From Saprolegnia diclina VS20 (taxonomy: Eukaryota), in contig NW_008246093.1 of the NCBI RefSeq assembly GCF_000281045.1, positions 274,223-338,222 on the forward strand: a DNA stretch of 64,000 bases, read 5' to 3'. Made by a program: the position numbers and the translations under genes. Below, piece by piece: positions 10,470 through 23,536 of this stretch. The notes under the pieces were generated by a model, which worked only from the letters and a program-made list of their open reading frames with translations, ran no database searches and had not been told where the DNA came from. The first letter of the stretch is position 1. Each line of letters begins with the position of its first letter.

Positions 10470-12411
10470 TTAATAATTGGACGAGTTGTACGTTGACAGA
10501 TACGAGAGGTCCGATTTGTTGGACGACGCATTCGAGCGGTTGCTCGGGCGGCGGTGGCCGTGGCGCCGCGACGCCGTCGAGACACGCGACGCGGCACTCG
10601 ACGTGGTCGAGCCCGGTGACGACTGCGTGTCATCATTGTTCACGGTCAGAATATGGTTCAGGTACGAGAGGTCGCAGAGGCTGCCCATGGATTCCCGGGG
10701 CAGGAGCGCCTCGGGTGCTGGCACCGCGATCGCCACGGCGACCGGCACATTGTACGTTGGCCAGATCACCGGCGCGCGGTTCGACGACGTAAGAATATCA
10801 ATGTTTTCCGACAGCGTCGAGCGGCTCGAGTCGTTCGATGAGGCGCGCGGCGGCGGGTCGACCGGTCGGCGGTCCATGGGCTTGAGCGTGGCGCTGTAGG
10901 CCGAGTACGAGCTCTCGACCGAGTTCGTGCGCGTGTCGCGGACCGGGTCGTCGATTTGGTATGTTTTGGGGGGCTGGAACCGGTGGTTAAAGTTGTACTG
11001 CTGCGTTGACGACTGGCGGTGCTGCTGGGCGGCCGCTGCCATCGACGACGCGACGGTCGTGAGGCGCGACGTCGACGACTTGGCCGACGGAGCCGGCGAC
11101 AGCATCGAGCGCTAGACGATGCCCATGAGTGGTATGTTCCATGGAGCGCAAAAGTACCTGCGAGTGCGTCTCGATGAGGTCGACGACGCTGTGGTTGCCG
11201 TGGCTGTACCGGTTCGTGTAGTGGCTCATCGTATCGCGGTAGTCATTCAGTCGGCGCGCGTTCTGGTGCATGTCGCGGAAGCAGTGCTTGCAGACGCGGT
11301 CCCGACGCAAGCCTCGACCCGTGTCGACGTCCCACTCGCACGAACAGCTCCGACAAACGACCTAATCACAAGTTGTGTGAGCGGTCGCCAATCGAGGCGA
11401 GTCGCCTACCGAGTGGCAAATGCAGCAGGTCGCCTTGCGCTGGAAGAGAGAGAGGCCTTTCGAGAACGCCTTGTCACACATGGCGCACTTGGTCGGCGTG
11501 TTCAAGCCGCCGTTCGAGTGCATGGACGAGGTCACGTGGCGCGGCTGGTGCGACCCGATGAGGCTGTTGATGCGCTCGATGCGCTGGAGCCGGTGGCGGG
11601 CGACCGTGTTAAGGAGCATGTAGTGCGCCATCTTTTGGTGCTGGCCATAGTCAAAGTAGAGTGTGACCTTGAGCACGTTTGGGATGTCGGTCTCGGTAAA
11701 GACATAGCTGTGCAGCGTCAGCACAGAAACATGCAGCACACTCGACGTACCCCGAGTGGAAGAGCTTGGAGCGCACGTAGTTTTGACCCAGATCGAGCGG
11801 CGGACACGCGTTGTGCTCGACCGAGTGGCTGCACATGGCGTAGCCGCGCTGGCCGTTCTCATCAATGTACTCGTCTTGGTACTATCCATCTAAGGTTACA
11901 AAGACCGGAAAGCGCGCAACGTACCTCGATCGTGCAGAAATCGCGGTCCCGGAGCAGCATGCGCATCGGGGATTTGATGTGGCTCCAGCGCATGCCAATG
12001 TAGTGGTACGGCGCGACGGACGTCGGGTACTCGATCGAGTAGAGGCGCGCGGTGGCCTCGAGGCAGAAGAGCTCGGCGGCGATCTTACGGTGCGCGCTCG
12101 AGTCGCCGGCGCACGACACCTTGACGCAAAAGTCGGCAATCTCATCGATGTTGCCCATGAGATTGAACGTCGCAGCGAAATACCGCTTCTTGAGGTCGTT
12201 GTGCTACGGTACGTTGCTGCGTTAGCGCCGCAACAGAGTGCTGGAGGACCTGTACCTCGACGTCGGGCTGCGAGATGAGCAGCTCGCGCAGGCAGCGCGT
12301 GGTCTCGAGGAGCTTGGAGAACGCATTCTTGCCAATGTCGCAGAGCATTTGGGCCTCGACGTCCGAGAGCGACGTCGGGCGAAAGAGCGGCGCGTCCGTG
12401 GGGCGGGCCAT
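10470..12411 (-). CDS. START-like domain + FYVE-type zinc finger protein (multi-exon)
   Basis: Exons encode YIGMRWSHIKSPMRMLLRDRDFCTIE (START-like), then CAMCDKAFSKGLSLFQRKATCCICH..VC..C....VCKHC (FYVE-like), then a Ser-rich tail; GT..AG introns link the ORF pieces. Confidence 0.85.
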
Positions 12412-13652
12412 GGTTCGAAGCGCTACTGACCGAGAGAGCGTCGACCGGTGTGGCTATAAAGAAATGGGCGCCGCCCGTAGTAACGACGTAAGTAGCTTTG
12501 CCTCTCGCCGATTGTATGGCGAGCCGGAGAGGCCGTACCGTGGGCCTCGGCGCTGCCAGCTGGGTCCGTCTGAGCACGCCGCCAGCGGTCTATTCCTTTT
12601 TTGCAATTGATATACGTTTTAGAGAAGGGACTATCTCGTGATACATTCAAGGATTGTACAGCAACGACATGGGTACTTCCTTGTTTGCAATCAGACTACA
12701 GTTGCACCAAGGGACGACATGACACCGTAGGCAGCAACGCGCACGTGTCGTGGCATTTATCCTGGCGCACACTGGTACTGGGTGCATCTACTCCTGCGTG
12801 AATCGGGAAGACTCTATGGGGGTGCTTGCCCGGCCGCAAGCGGGGTAGGCCGCGGTGGTGGCGAGGGGGCGCTGCACCATTTTGCGATCACCACTTTGCC
12901 GTTCGAGCTCGTTTATACAGTGTACTAGGACGGCAACGAATGGTTTGAGCCGCGTGCAGCGAGATTCTCGACGCGCGTGGTACCGATGCTCGCTCTTCCT
13001 GGCCAGCGTAGGACGATTGTGTGTCAATGGCCAACCCGTGCAAAAGCACGTCCTTTCTACAGCGCATTACGAGGACGACACTACGATCCGATGCCATTGC
13101 TCCCAACTCTTATTCGCGCGGAGGCTTGCGTGATCAGCGTTCTTATGGCTACTTGTCGCCAGTGCAAGAGGAGGAGCTTGGAAGATACACTGCTTTGCGG
13201 CAGCTCTTTGCGTCTTGCTATGTTGAACGCCAACTCGACCCATTTGAAAAGAGTGAACGTAATCGTGTATCGCCGTGTGGTGTAGGACTCGTAGCAGAGT
13301 AGACTGTGGGAAGAGAAAGGAGTGCTATTGACACGTCTGCGCGCCCGTCGGAGACGCCTTTTCTGATCGCATGGCGTCTCTTTGAGACTTGAAGCGCCAA
13401 CTGCGTCAACGTCTCCCCCAATCGTGTCGTATCCTCCTATTCTCCGGACCATCAAGCGTCCAGCGCGCGATCCTGTCTACTACACGGCAACGTAATACTC
13501 ACACGTCGTCCATCTCCAAATTCCCTTGCGGCTCGTAAACTCGTCGTGGTTGATGCGAGGGGTAGGGCTCGAAACCGGTGAGCCAGATAAACTTAGCATC
13601 TCATTGTCGCCGCGAAATGGGGAAGAAGCAATGCCCCAAGCCGGCCGACGCC

Positions 13653-14552
13653 ATGAGCACCAACCAAGGCGACGGCCACGACCTTCGCGGGAAGAAGACG
13701 ACCGACCCGCCCCACGAGTTTAATGCGTGGAACTACCTCCAGGACCCGCGCAACGCGCCCCACGACTTCCTCGACCCGATGCTGCAGAGCACGCGGACCA
13801 CCAAGTTTACGCCAGGTACTTGCGTCGTGATGTCTCGTCGACGACCTTGGCGACGACCGTAGGCTTTTATCGACGGTCAAGGACAGCGATCGCGTCCGAC
13901 CACGACCGACTCGAGCGCGAGGCGGCCAAGGAGCGCGCGCACAGCTCCAACGCGACGCAGCGCCACGGGCGGCTCTCGTTCTTAAACTCGTCGTACGACT
14001 ACAACATTGTGACGGGCGCGCAGACGTCGGCCAAGCAAGTGCGGCTGCCGCCGACACGGCAGTACCTCGCGGGCACACAGACAACCCATTTGCTCCACGA
14101 AGGCGTGATCCAGCTCCGCGAGTCGCCCAACCGCTTTTACGGGTGCGCTGCTTGTGCTCTCGCTTACGACGACTTCTTGCATTAGGAACATTCGCCAAGA
14201 CGAGGACCGCATCGACAACCTTGCCCGCGGTACGGTCCGTCGCAACGTAGCGAAAGCTGCATTTGCGTCTTCTGCGTAGAGGGCCTCCGCGGGCCAAAGC
14301 ACTCGTCCATTATCGGCATTGGCCGCAACGAACTGCCCTCGAAAGGCGCCGCGGACGGCCTCGACAAGTCGCTGTACCGGCAGTGCATTGACGACAACAC
14401 CAATATCAGGCTCCAGTCGCTCATCAAGCGCGGGGGGCCCCGCGACGCACCGACACGCATGCCAAAGCTTCCGCCGCCATCAGCGAGTTGGCAGCCACCG
14501 ATGGCGAGCCGGGGCAACGTCTCGGACGACGTCGCTCGGGTCCGCGATTTGA
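13653..14552 (+). CDS. Hypothetical protein (multi-exon)
   Basis: MSTNQGDGHDLRGKK...KFTP exon, intron ~13817-13862, then FYRRSRTAIASDHDRLEREAAKE...; host-like codon bias; 3' exon structure uncertain. Confidence 0.6.
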
Positions 14553-14601
14553 CGTAAATCGTAGGGTACGGGTAAGGTAAGTAGAATTTAGACATACAAA
14601 T

Positions 14602-15309
14602 CTACGAAAACTCGTTGAACGTCGAGCGGTCCTTCTTGGTCTTGGCCGCCGCCTTCTTCTTCGCTTCCTCTTCCCGCGCCTTCTTGACAGCGAGCGACTC
14701 CTCCTTCTTCTTCTTGCCGCCCTTCTTGGCGAGCACGGCCTTGATGTCGACGACAACGACTGGGGCCTCTTCCTCGACGACCACCGGCGTCGGGGCCGGG
14801 GCAGCCGTGCCAGCCGGCTTCTTGCCCTTCTTCTTCTTGGGCTTCTTGTCCGCAGCGGCGACCTCCTTGGGCGCCTCGGCGGGCGCAAGGCCGAGCTCCG
14901 CAAGCACCGAGTCGAGGTCTTCGAGCTCCTTCTGCTTCTGCTCCTTCTTGGAGAGCACGACGACGGGCTCGGCCTTCTTGACAGGCGCGGCGACAACGAC
15001 CTTCTTGACGACCGGCGTCTCCTCTTCGTCTTCGCTCTCGCTCTCGCTTTCGCTGTCGTCTTCCTCGGCGTTCTGCGCGGCGGCGGCGGCGGCGGCCATG
15101 TCGGCGAGCTCGGCGGGCGTCGGCGGCATCGTGAGCGACGTGATCGTCATCTGCGACGTCTCGTCGTCATCGCCCCACGAGGCCGTGGCCTCGCCGGCGG
15201 GAAGCGAGAACATCTGCTTGGGCAGCACCGGGGCCGCGGCCGACGGGAGCGGCGCCGACTTCTTGGCGGCCGACTTGGAGAGCGCGGAGAACACGTTCGA
15301 GTTGCTCAT
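14602..15309 (-). CDS. Lys/Ala/Glu-rich intrinsically disordered protein (235 aa, intronless)
   Basis: MSNSNVFSAL...SWGDDDE...acidic tract...LSKKEQKQKELEDLDSVLAELGL...KKDRSTFNEFS; very strong GC3 bias indicates a real, probably highly expressed gene. Confidence 0.85.
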   Translation of the reverse strand: MSNSNVFSALSKSAAKKSAPLPSAAAPVLPKQMFSLPAGEATASWGDDDETSQMTITSLTMPPTPAELADMAAAAAAAQNAEEDDSESESESEDEEETPVVKKVVVAAPVKKAEPVVVLSKKEQKQKELEDLDSVLAELGLAPAEAPKEVAAADKKPKKKKGKKPAGTAAPAPTPVVVEEEAPVVVVDIKAVLAKKGGKKKKEESLAVKKAREEEAKKKAAAKTKKDRSTFNEFS

Positions 15310-15968
15310 ATTTTCGAGGTTTCGAGGAATGCCAAGTGCAAAGTGCAAAGAGTATTTGTCCCAATTGTTGCTGGGATAAACCACGCCTTTTCAAAGCGCC
15401 TACATAATGCACACTGGAAACGTAGCGGGACAAATGGGCAAAACGGGACAAACGCCACAATCTCTCCCACACCAAGTTTGAATGGACGAGACGCCAATCA
15501 CTGCGGGCCGTGGTATACGGATACCGTGATGTATCCGGATACATCGCCGACGATGGACTGGTGCCTCTCAGACGGGTCACTACGTAGCCCAACTATCGCG
15601 TTGAGAGAACGAGAGACTGCTCGGACTGCTTGCCTCGGTGCTCAGAAATGGAGCTTCCGACGCAGACGACTATGAGGCGGAAGACGCAAAGCGACCCGCG
15701 TATGTTTAAAACAGCTTTTAAAACTTGTTTGCAACACCACCGATGTCGTCCAGTCGGCTGGTGCAAAAACGGGCTTCGTACGTGTTGGCGACGGGTGTGC
15801 TCTCGAGCTTGCGAGGCAGTGCGACCTCAAAGAAAGATATTGTGCTCGGATAGCATCGTTCCTGCAGCACTCTAGCGTCGCTGTGAGGGGCGGACGCTCA
15901 TTGTGTTTGAAACGTGTGTTTGAAACACGTTGAAGTTCCAACCGAACGACTCCCCAAGATCGTGCGCT

Positions 15969-17680
15969 ATGGAGCACGCGCCGCGCCACGTCGTGGTCTT
16001 TGGCGAGCTCAGCCCCGAGCAAAAGAGAAAGTACTCCAAGTTCATCATTGACCATAACGTCAAGGTACCCTTCCACGCTCGTCGACCGAAGACACGAACA
16101 TATGGCTAGTTTGCCAAGAATGCCGACGGGCTCTTCGTCGCGACCGTGCGTCTCGAACGACCGATCGCGCCGGCGATTGTGGCGCCGCTCCCCAAGCACA
16201 TGTCGCTCCAAGAACGTCTCCGCAACATCCACGTGGTCACGGTGCCGGAGGCCCTAGGGCGCTACACCGCGCTGTGCAGCATGGTACACCCTCCTCGATG
16301 CATCCTTCTTCATCGCACAAAAATCAAAGAGCCGCATGCTTAGCTCGAGACGTCGCCCGAGATGGATGCAGCCAAGCAACCGCTCTCGGATGTGAACCTG
16401 ATCAAACTTTTGCATGAGGTTTACGACGCGCGCGAGGCCGAGCCGCAGGGCGACGTCGACCAACCGTCGTTCTGTGCGTTCCTTTTGCACTTCTTTCAGA
16501 CGCGGTATGGGCTGCCGTCGCTCGTGCATCAACACATTTTCGAGCTGCTCTTCAGCCTCTACGCCCACCGCGACGTATGCCATACATCAAATGTGTATAC
16601 TGGCAGATGATAAAGATCACTACATGGCGTAGGATTTGGAAGCCGAGCTCTTCTCGAGCTTTCTCGACGGCACGTACGACGACGACGCGCTGCGTTTCTT
16701 CCTCGACGCGCGCTCGAAGCTGGTGGTACGTTCTATCTTCTATCAAACCAAGTATCTCTTGCAATATACTTATCTATCCAAGTATCTCTTGCAATATACT
16801 TATCTATCCAAGTATCCACCTTCATGTGTTGGATTCGTATAGGCCATGACAACCCGCGACACACTGGGCACGAAGCTCAAGTTGATGCTTTGTATATCAA
16901 GAGGCCTACGCGATAACCGACCTCCTAGTGTCGCCAAGGACAGCGTGTGGATGTCCAAGGCCCAGTGCTTTGTGCTGGCGCATCACGTCTATGGTGCCCG
17001 CCTCGGGGCGCCGTACCTCGCGGTTGCTTTTTGTTGTCCACAGGCAAATGGACATTGTTGTCATGTAGTTTATGAACAAGATGAAAGAGTACGTAGCCGG
17101 CCAGCCAATGCCCCGCAGCGTGCACGAGACCATGGAGGTAGCTAGTACGTTAGTGAATATGTGCTCTAATATGGCTCGTAGATGAACGAGTTTCTGTCCT
17201 TGGCGCTTGAAACCCATCAGCTGCTGCGCGCCAACGGCACCGCCGACTACGTCCCCGAGGTACGACTTGTGCGATAGAGGATGATAATGATATCTGTGGG
17301 CCTGCTAGATCAAAGAGAGTACGTTGTGATTCGTCATGACCTATTCGACGAACTGCTTGCAGACCCGCCCACGTCCCCGGCCGACGAGAAGCAACGACTC
17401 TTCGCGCTGCTCCAGCGAGTGCGTCATCGCCAGGACCATGTACCTTCAGAAACACATTTCGGACAACTCGATATGCTGCGAATTAGGCATTGGCGGTCGA
17501 AGCCGACGGGTGGCTGCCCCACCAGGAACATGGCCAGCCCTACCCGCCGTCGCCCAAGTCGCCAACGTGGAAGTAGCGTACTTCGTACACTATATTGGCT
17601 CTATCCCACCGCTCTCTACATGGATATTCCTCTTCCTCCAGTTGATGAGTCGTGACGTCCATCGCCTCGTCGGCTTCTGA
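15969..17680 (+). CDS. Hypothetical multi-exon protein, possibly TSNAXIP1-like (flagellar-type) domain
   Basis: Spliced exons give LIKLLHEVYDAR...FCAFLLHFFQTRYGLPSLVHQHIFELLFSLYAHRD|DLEAELFSSFLDGTYDDDALRFFL, which resembles translin-associated factor X-interacting proteins (from recall only); 3' end uncertain. Confidence 0.5.
16748..16816. repeat. 30-bp tandem repeat, ~2.3 copies, intronic
   Basis: CCAAGTATCTCTTGCAATATACTTATCTAT x2 followed by CCAAGTATC. Confidence 0.95.
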
Positions 17681-17877
17681 GCTCGAGGACTTGTTGCATC
17701 ATCCAAGATTCGATTAGATTTGCGATCTTATCGCTGCATTCTCATTGGACCGACGGCTTTCGTTTTGGCCAATCCGATGGCATCGCAAATGGAACGGCAG
17801 GGGATTGGTGGAAGAAGCGCCTTTTTGGCCAATCGCACACCGCTGTCTCGCGGCTGACTTCATTTGCCAAACGAACG

Positions 17878-19776
17878 ATGGCGAAGGTCGCAGCACTGCT
17901 CCTGCTAGCGCTCGTCGGCGCGACGGCGACGGCGCCGACGACCAAGTGCTTTCCCGACGGCTTCTACCTCGGCACGGCCACGGCCGCATACCAGGTCGAA
18001 GGCGGCGTCAACGAGACCGGCCGGACGTCGAGCATCTGGGACGATTTTTGCCGCAGCCGTGATGATCTCCAGTGCGCCAACGTCGCCGACGACATGCTCC
18101 ATCGGTACGAATCGGACATCAAGATCATGCAAGACATGGGCCTCACGTCGTTCCGGCTTTCGATCTCGTGGTCGCGCGTCATGACGTGGAGCGCCGCGAC
18201 AAAGCGCATGGTCCGCAACGACGAGGGCATTGCGTTCTACCACCGCCTTTTGGACGCGGTCATCCGCGCCAAGATGGCGCCGATCGTGACTTTGTACCAC
18301 TGGGACTTGCCGTCGGCGCTCTACGTGGGCAGCGGCGGCTGGCTTAGCCGAGACGTCGTGCCGCACTTCAAGGAGTATGCGAACCTCATGTTTGACGAAT
18401 TTGGCACCAAGGTGCCCATCTGGACGACCTTCAACGAGCCGTGGTCCTTCTGCGTTGGCGGGTACGGCGAAGGCTACCATGCGCCGGGGCTAAGCCACTC
18501 GGACACGGCGTCGTACCTCGCGGCCCACCACGTCTTGCTCGCGCACGCCGCGGTCGTCCGGCTCTTTCACTCGCGCCGGCACCAGTTTTACCCGACTGCG
18601 CAGATTGGCATCGTGCTCAACTCGGACATGCCGTTTCCGCTCGACCCGACCTCGCCAGACGACGTGGCCACCTCGGAGCGCAAGCTGCAATTCTCGCTCG
18701 GCTGGTTCCTCTCGCCGATCGTGCATGGCGACTACCCGGAGGTGATGAAGGCGTATGCTGGCGACCACCTTCCCGTCTTCTCGGACGACGAAAAGGCGCA
18801 TCTCAAAGGCACGTACGACGTCTTTATGGTCAACTACTACTCGTCCAGCGTCGTGACCGACTGCAACTCGACTCGGTATACAAACGTCCTTTCCCACTTT
18901 GCCGTTTTCACATGTAGCAACCATTAGCTCCACCGTGACGTGTGACTCGCTCAAGCAAGGGTGGCAGCGCGACGCGGGCGTCGACAATGCTCGTGCGCCA
19001 CCGGGTGCACGCCCGGGCAGCGTCAACGCCAAAGGCGAGCCGCTCTGCGGCTGGTTCTCCGGTCGGCTCCACTCTTCTTGCACGGTTGTATCTCATGCCG
19101 TCGACGTACTAGGCTACCCGGACGGCTATTTGCCGCTAACGCGCTGGGTGCACGCCCACAACACGTCGACGCCGATTCTACTGACCGAGAACGGTTGGTG
19201 CGGGAATGCCACCATCGACAACCAAGACCAGCTCTGGTACTTCCAGACGCACCTCGACCGCGTCTGGCAAGGTGCGCACTGCCCTTGGCGACGCGAGGCG
19301 ATAGCATTGTGTTTGTAGGGCTGCAAGAAGGGCTGCCGCTCATCGGGTACACGGCGTGGTCGTTCCTCGACAACTACGAGTGGGGCTCGTTCGAGCCGCG
19401 CTTTGGACTCTTCTACGTCAACTACACGACCAAAACGGGCGGGAAGGAGAGCTACGACCCTGCCGCCAGTGACCTCGCGCGGATACCGCGTCCGGCGGCC
19501 ACCTGGTGCGGCCTCGCGTCCCGATCAAGCGTCTGAAATGAAAAGTGTTGTAGGTTTGCTCAAGTCGCCCAGACCCGGTGCTTAGTGCCAGAATCCACGA
19601 CGCGCCTCGACGCCCAGCCGCCCCGGCCCCTTCCCTCGTGGCTCCAGGGCGCCATTTACCTTGGCTACACGGCGCCCATGGCGATTGCGGTCGTGGCGAT
19701 GCTAGCGTTCCACGGGCACTTGCCCCGCGTGCCGGCGGGCGCCCACGAAACCACGCCGCTCCTCCGCACCGCCTAG
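17878..19776 (+). CDS. Glycoside hydrolase family 1 beta-glucosidase with signal peptide and C-terminal TM anchor (multi-exon)
   Basis: MAKVAALLLLALVGATA signal; FPDGFYLGTATAAYQVEG, TLYHWDLP, acid/base TFNEP, nucleophile LTENG, AWSFLDNYEW..FEPRFGL; terminal exon GAIYLGYTAPMAIAVVAMLAF. Confidence 0.93.
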
Positions 19777-19835
19777 CCGACTTGGTGCGTCGAGATGAGA
19801 ACTAGGCTGCTATTCGGCTAACAAGAAGGATGGCG

Positions 19836-21471
19836 CTACAGCCGAGGCAGGTGCAGGTCGTCGTCAATGGCTCTCCAGATGGACGATATAGAGAGCGCGC
19901 GGTCGTGGTCCGTCTGAGAGCTCGAGGCGGCTACCTTGTCGGTGACGCCGAGCCGCCATTCGTGCACAACGTCGGCCACCCGGTTGACTTCGGCGAGGCT
20001 GCGCTCGACGCTGACGCGGTACTTGTTGAGCGCCATGCGCTGCTGCCACGCGGTAAAGTCCTGCGAGATCAAGAGCGCGCCGGCCGTCAAGCCGTACATG
20101 GCAAAGAGGACGCTGGCCGCCACGAGCACATACAGCAGCAGCGTCACGTCCATGGATGAGGGTGGTGGACTCGCAAGCGCAGGCTCGGCGTCGTCGTCAT
20201 CGTCGTCAAACGGAGACGCTTCTTCGTCTGGCTGCCGGCCCCTTGTCGTTGCCTTTGGTGGCGTTGGTGTAGTAAACTGCAGTCCTGCTGCAGGCTTGGT
20301 CGGCCGCGGCGAGAGCACCTTGATCGACTGGTCGAGCGGTGAAATCTCCGACAGCGCCGACTCGTTCAGGCTCGGCCGACCGATCCGCTCAAGCGCCCGC
20401 TTCTTCGAGTCGAAGGGCTTTTCGAGGGTGGTCTTGGCCTTGGCGGCAGTGGTGGGCTTGGTGCTGCGGAAATGCGACGAGCTCAACCGCGCTCGCGAGT
20501 CGCTGAGGCGCCGCGAATCGTGCAGCCGCGACTGGCGCAAGGTCGAGCCAAGACTGCTAGCGACGCTGGACGTAAATGACGTCTGCTTGCGGTGCTGCGC
20601 ATAGCGCTTGACCATCGACCGGCTGTCGGGCATGAGCGCCAGCATGTGCTTCATCGCGTCTTCGTCGCACGCAAGGTACCACCCGTTGAACTGGTCCGGC
20701 TGCTTCTCCGAGACGACGTGGAAGGTCAGCGAGATGCTCTCCGTGAGCGACGGCGTCGCCAAGTGCATGAGCAGAATCTGCATGTACGTCATAAACTGCG
20801 TCGACGAGAGACTCGAGAGCAAGTGCGGGCTGCGCGCGACCTCGTAGAGCACCATGCCAAACCACTCATCGGCCGACGCCGCCTCGGCTAAACTCATGTC
20901 AGACACCATGCTTGGAGAGGAGGAGGACATTTGGTACCTTGGACGAGCGAGTCGAAGCACTCGTTGAGCGCATGCATGCTGTAGGCCGAGAGGGCCGCGA
21001 CCGCTTGCACCGCAGTCTCGGTCGTCGCATCGTCCGAGAAGGCGATCGCACGCAGCCAGTCGAGCAGGATGGGCGCCAAGTTGATGGGCCCGAGCGCGTC
21101 GTGCAGGCGTTCGACAAACGCGAACGCATGGGCGACGATCGCTTCGTCGGCGTCGACGAGGAAGCCCGTGAGGTGTTGCTACATACGACGCATGATGCTC
21201 CATCGTGTGCAGTGGCGGCCATGGTGTACCGTGTGCGACCGGAGGTTGCCCATGACATCGTCGTCCACGTCCCGAGTCTCGTCGAGGACGTGCTCGATCG
21301 ACTGGATGAGCAGGTCGAGCTGCAACATGTCGTCGGCGGCGCTGTGGTCAGTCATGGGCGAGCGGTCTTCCTACAGGTGCAGTCGCATGAGCCGTCTATC
21401 GCAGCGATGGGCGCATGTACATGGAGGTCGGCAGACGCGTCTTTCCTGGGCTCGGGGCGACCGCGGGGCAT
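19836..21471 (-). CDS. Hypothetical multi-exon protein with a near-C-terminal transmembrane helix
   Basis: Exons joined by GT..AG introns from MPRGRPEPRK (21471); long final exon with low-complexity linker and LLLYVLVAASVLFAMYGLTAGALLI followed by a coiled-coil-like segment. Confidence 0.65.
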
Positions 21472-21936
21472 GGCAGAGTCCGTAGCCGCCTGTCGCGATG
21501 GAATTTGACTTGCCGCTACGTTGCCGCTATCCGGATACCTCACAGTCCTGCGGTGTTTTGAATATTATATCTTTTACTTTGTATGTAATTATATCACTCT
21601 ACTTTTTAAACGGCCACGAATCCGGATATGTCATTTCAAATTTGGCGCCGGCGCGGGAATTGCCTAATGCAGTACATTTACCCTGCAGCATGCGCTGGCC
21701 TGCGGGCTTGAGAACACGAGTGCTAGGAGGTCAGAGAGCGTCGACCTCACCTCGCTCGTCTTGGCTTCAAAGATGCGAGAAATCTTTTGATGGCCGGACG
21801 ACAATTCTGGTGATGGGAAGTGACCAGACCCAAACGGCCATGTCGCTACCAGATTCTACTTAGTATGCTAGTCGGTGGTGCGCATGCAACTGCGAACGCT
21901 AAGGTACTATTACTACACTAACTCGGCTACGTCTGC

Positions 21937-23226
21937 CTATCTCTCGTCGTCCTTGACGTCGTCGTCGTCGTCCTTGTCTCGGACGACTGTGGCTAACTCT
22001 AGCACGTCCTGTGACGTCTCGACCCACGAGTGCTGTTCGGTGAGGCTCTCCTCCGACTTGTTGCTGCTACTGGGCCGACTGCGCTCCGAAATGGCTTCGT
22101 CGACGACGTGGCACCGCGGATGCCGGCTTTGGCTACTGCTCTTGTCGCCAAGCGGCGCTGTCTGAGCGCGCGCGCTGGTCGCGAGCGCCTTGTCCCGCTC
22201 GACGATCGACGTGGCTTCGTGCATGACCGACCCGGCGGTCGTCATGGGCCGGTCGTCGCCGCGCTTGATCTTGGCAAAAGCCGCGCTGAGCTGCGCGACG
22301 TCGTCTTCAAAGGCAGCTTCCCACGCGTCTCTTGTGGCCGCAAGTAGCGAGGCTTCGTGGGCCTGGCGCTGCACCAGCATGAGCTTGGCGTCTTCCACGT
22401 CGCGCAGCCGCTGGCGCTTGAGCGACCGCATTTGCTGCTTCCACGCCTCAATGCGTACGAGTTGCATGTCGACTTGGCGCTGGGTAGCATGGGCGGCGCG
22501 GAGTGCGTCGTGGCGGTTGAGGTCGCGCTTGTACTGCTCTTGGCGGTGAATGCGCTTGTCGACCGACTGGATCGAGTTGGATTTGGCGCGCGGGTTGACC
22601 TTGGGCCGTGCGAAAAAGCTCTGCAAGACTGGGACCACCTGCGTCGGGACAACGTCGTTCGTGCGTTTCGGCGACGGCCGGCGCATGCAGTCGACGACGT
22701 CGTCACGGTCGTCGTCGTCGTCGTCGTCGTGGCCATACTCGTCAAACCCGAGAACGGGCGTCGATACCATACGCGGTGGTCGGCGCTGCTTGGTCATGTC
22801 GACACTGGGCTTGATCTTGGGACTCGGCTGCCGCTTGGGACTGCAGTAGACCTTGATAAAATCGAGGCTCTGGCCGAGCGAGCCTGCTTTCGCCAGCACG
22901 GGCTTGGCGTCCTCGCGGTCGTCGTGCTTGGACGGTGAGATGGCTATCCTCAGCTCGTCGCGGGGCAGCGGTAGTGCGTACTGCGGTGGGCGCTCGGTGC
23001 GAGGTTGGTCTGTGGGTGCGACTTTGATCTTGTTGAACATGGTCGACCCAATTTTGTTGACCCATGAAGCGGATGCGGACGGAGACGCTGGCGAAACGAC
23101 GGGCGGCGGGTCGCGCACCGGTGGCGTCCGATGTGGTCTCTCGACGTCGTCCAGGACGAGCGACTGGTAGCTGTCGCTGCCCTGGGAGCTGCTCCCGTCC
23201 GAGGTCTGGACCCGGAGCGCGTACAT
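21937..23226 (-). CDS. Hypothetical coiled-coil/disordered protein (429 aa, intronless)
   Basis: Long ORF starting with ATG; central RQEQYKRDLNRH...AQLSAAF helical region; acidic tracts. Confidence 0.75.
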   Translation of the reverse strand: MYALRVQTSDGSSSQGSDSYQSLVLDDVERPHRTPPVRDPPPVVSPASPSASASWVNKIGSTMFNKIKVAPTDQPRTERPPQYALPLPRDELRIAISPSKHDDREDAKPVLAKAGSLGQSLDFIKVYCSPKRQPSPKIKPSVDMTKQRRPPRMVSTPVLGFDEYGHDDDDDDDRDDVVDCMRRPSPKRTNDVVPTQVVPVLQSFFARPKVNPRAKSNSIQSVDKRIHRQEQYKRDLNRHDALRAAHATQRQVDMQLVRIEAWKQQMRSLKRQRLRDVEDAKLMLVQRQAHEASLLAATRDAWEAAFEDDVAQLSAAFAKIKRGDDRPMTTAGSVMHEATSIVERDKALATSARAQTAPLGDKSSSQSRHPRCHVVDEAISERSRPSSSNKSEESLTEQHSWVETSQDVLELATVVRDKDDDDDVKDDER

Positions 23227-23536
23227 CGCAGTGCACTCGCGTCTCGGAGGTTACTTGGCGCCTGCGTGTTGCCTATATAAAGCAATGGCGCAGTTACATC
23301 GTCTCGTTATAGCAGGGACAGCAATGGGACTTGCTATGCGAGCGTGTTGGGTGCGGGGAGGGCGCTGTCATCTTCCCGACCACTTGACTCTCTGCACGAG
23401 GCCACTGATGGAGTGCAGCTGTGTGGTTGACGCGCAGTCGTGCCCACCACTGCGTCGGTTTGTAGGACAAAAGCGATACATTAAACACAGTAAACACGAT
23501 TCAAATTGACAGTCAAGAGAGCCCAACGACGCTATC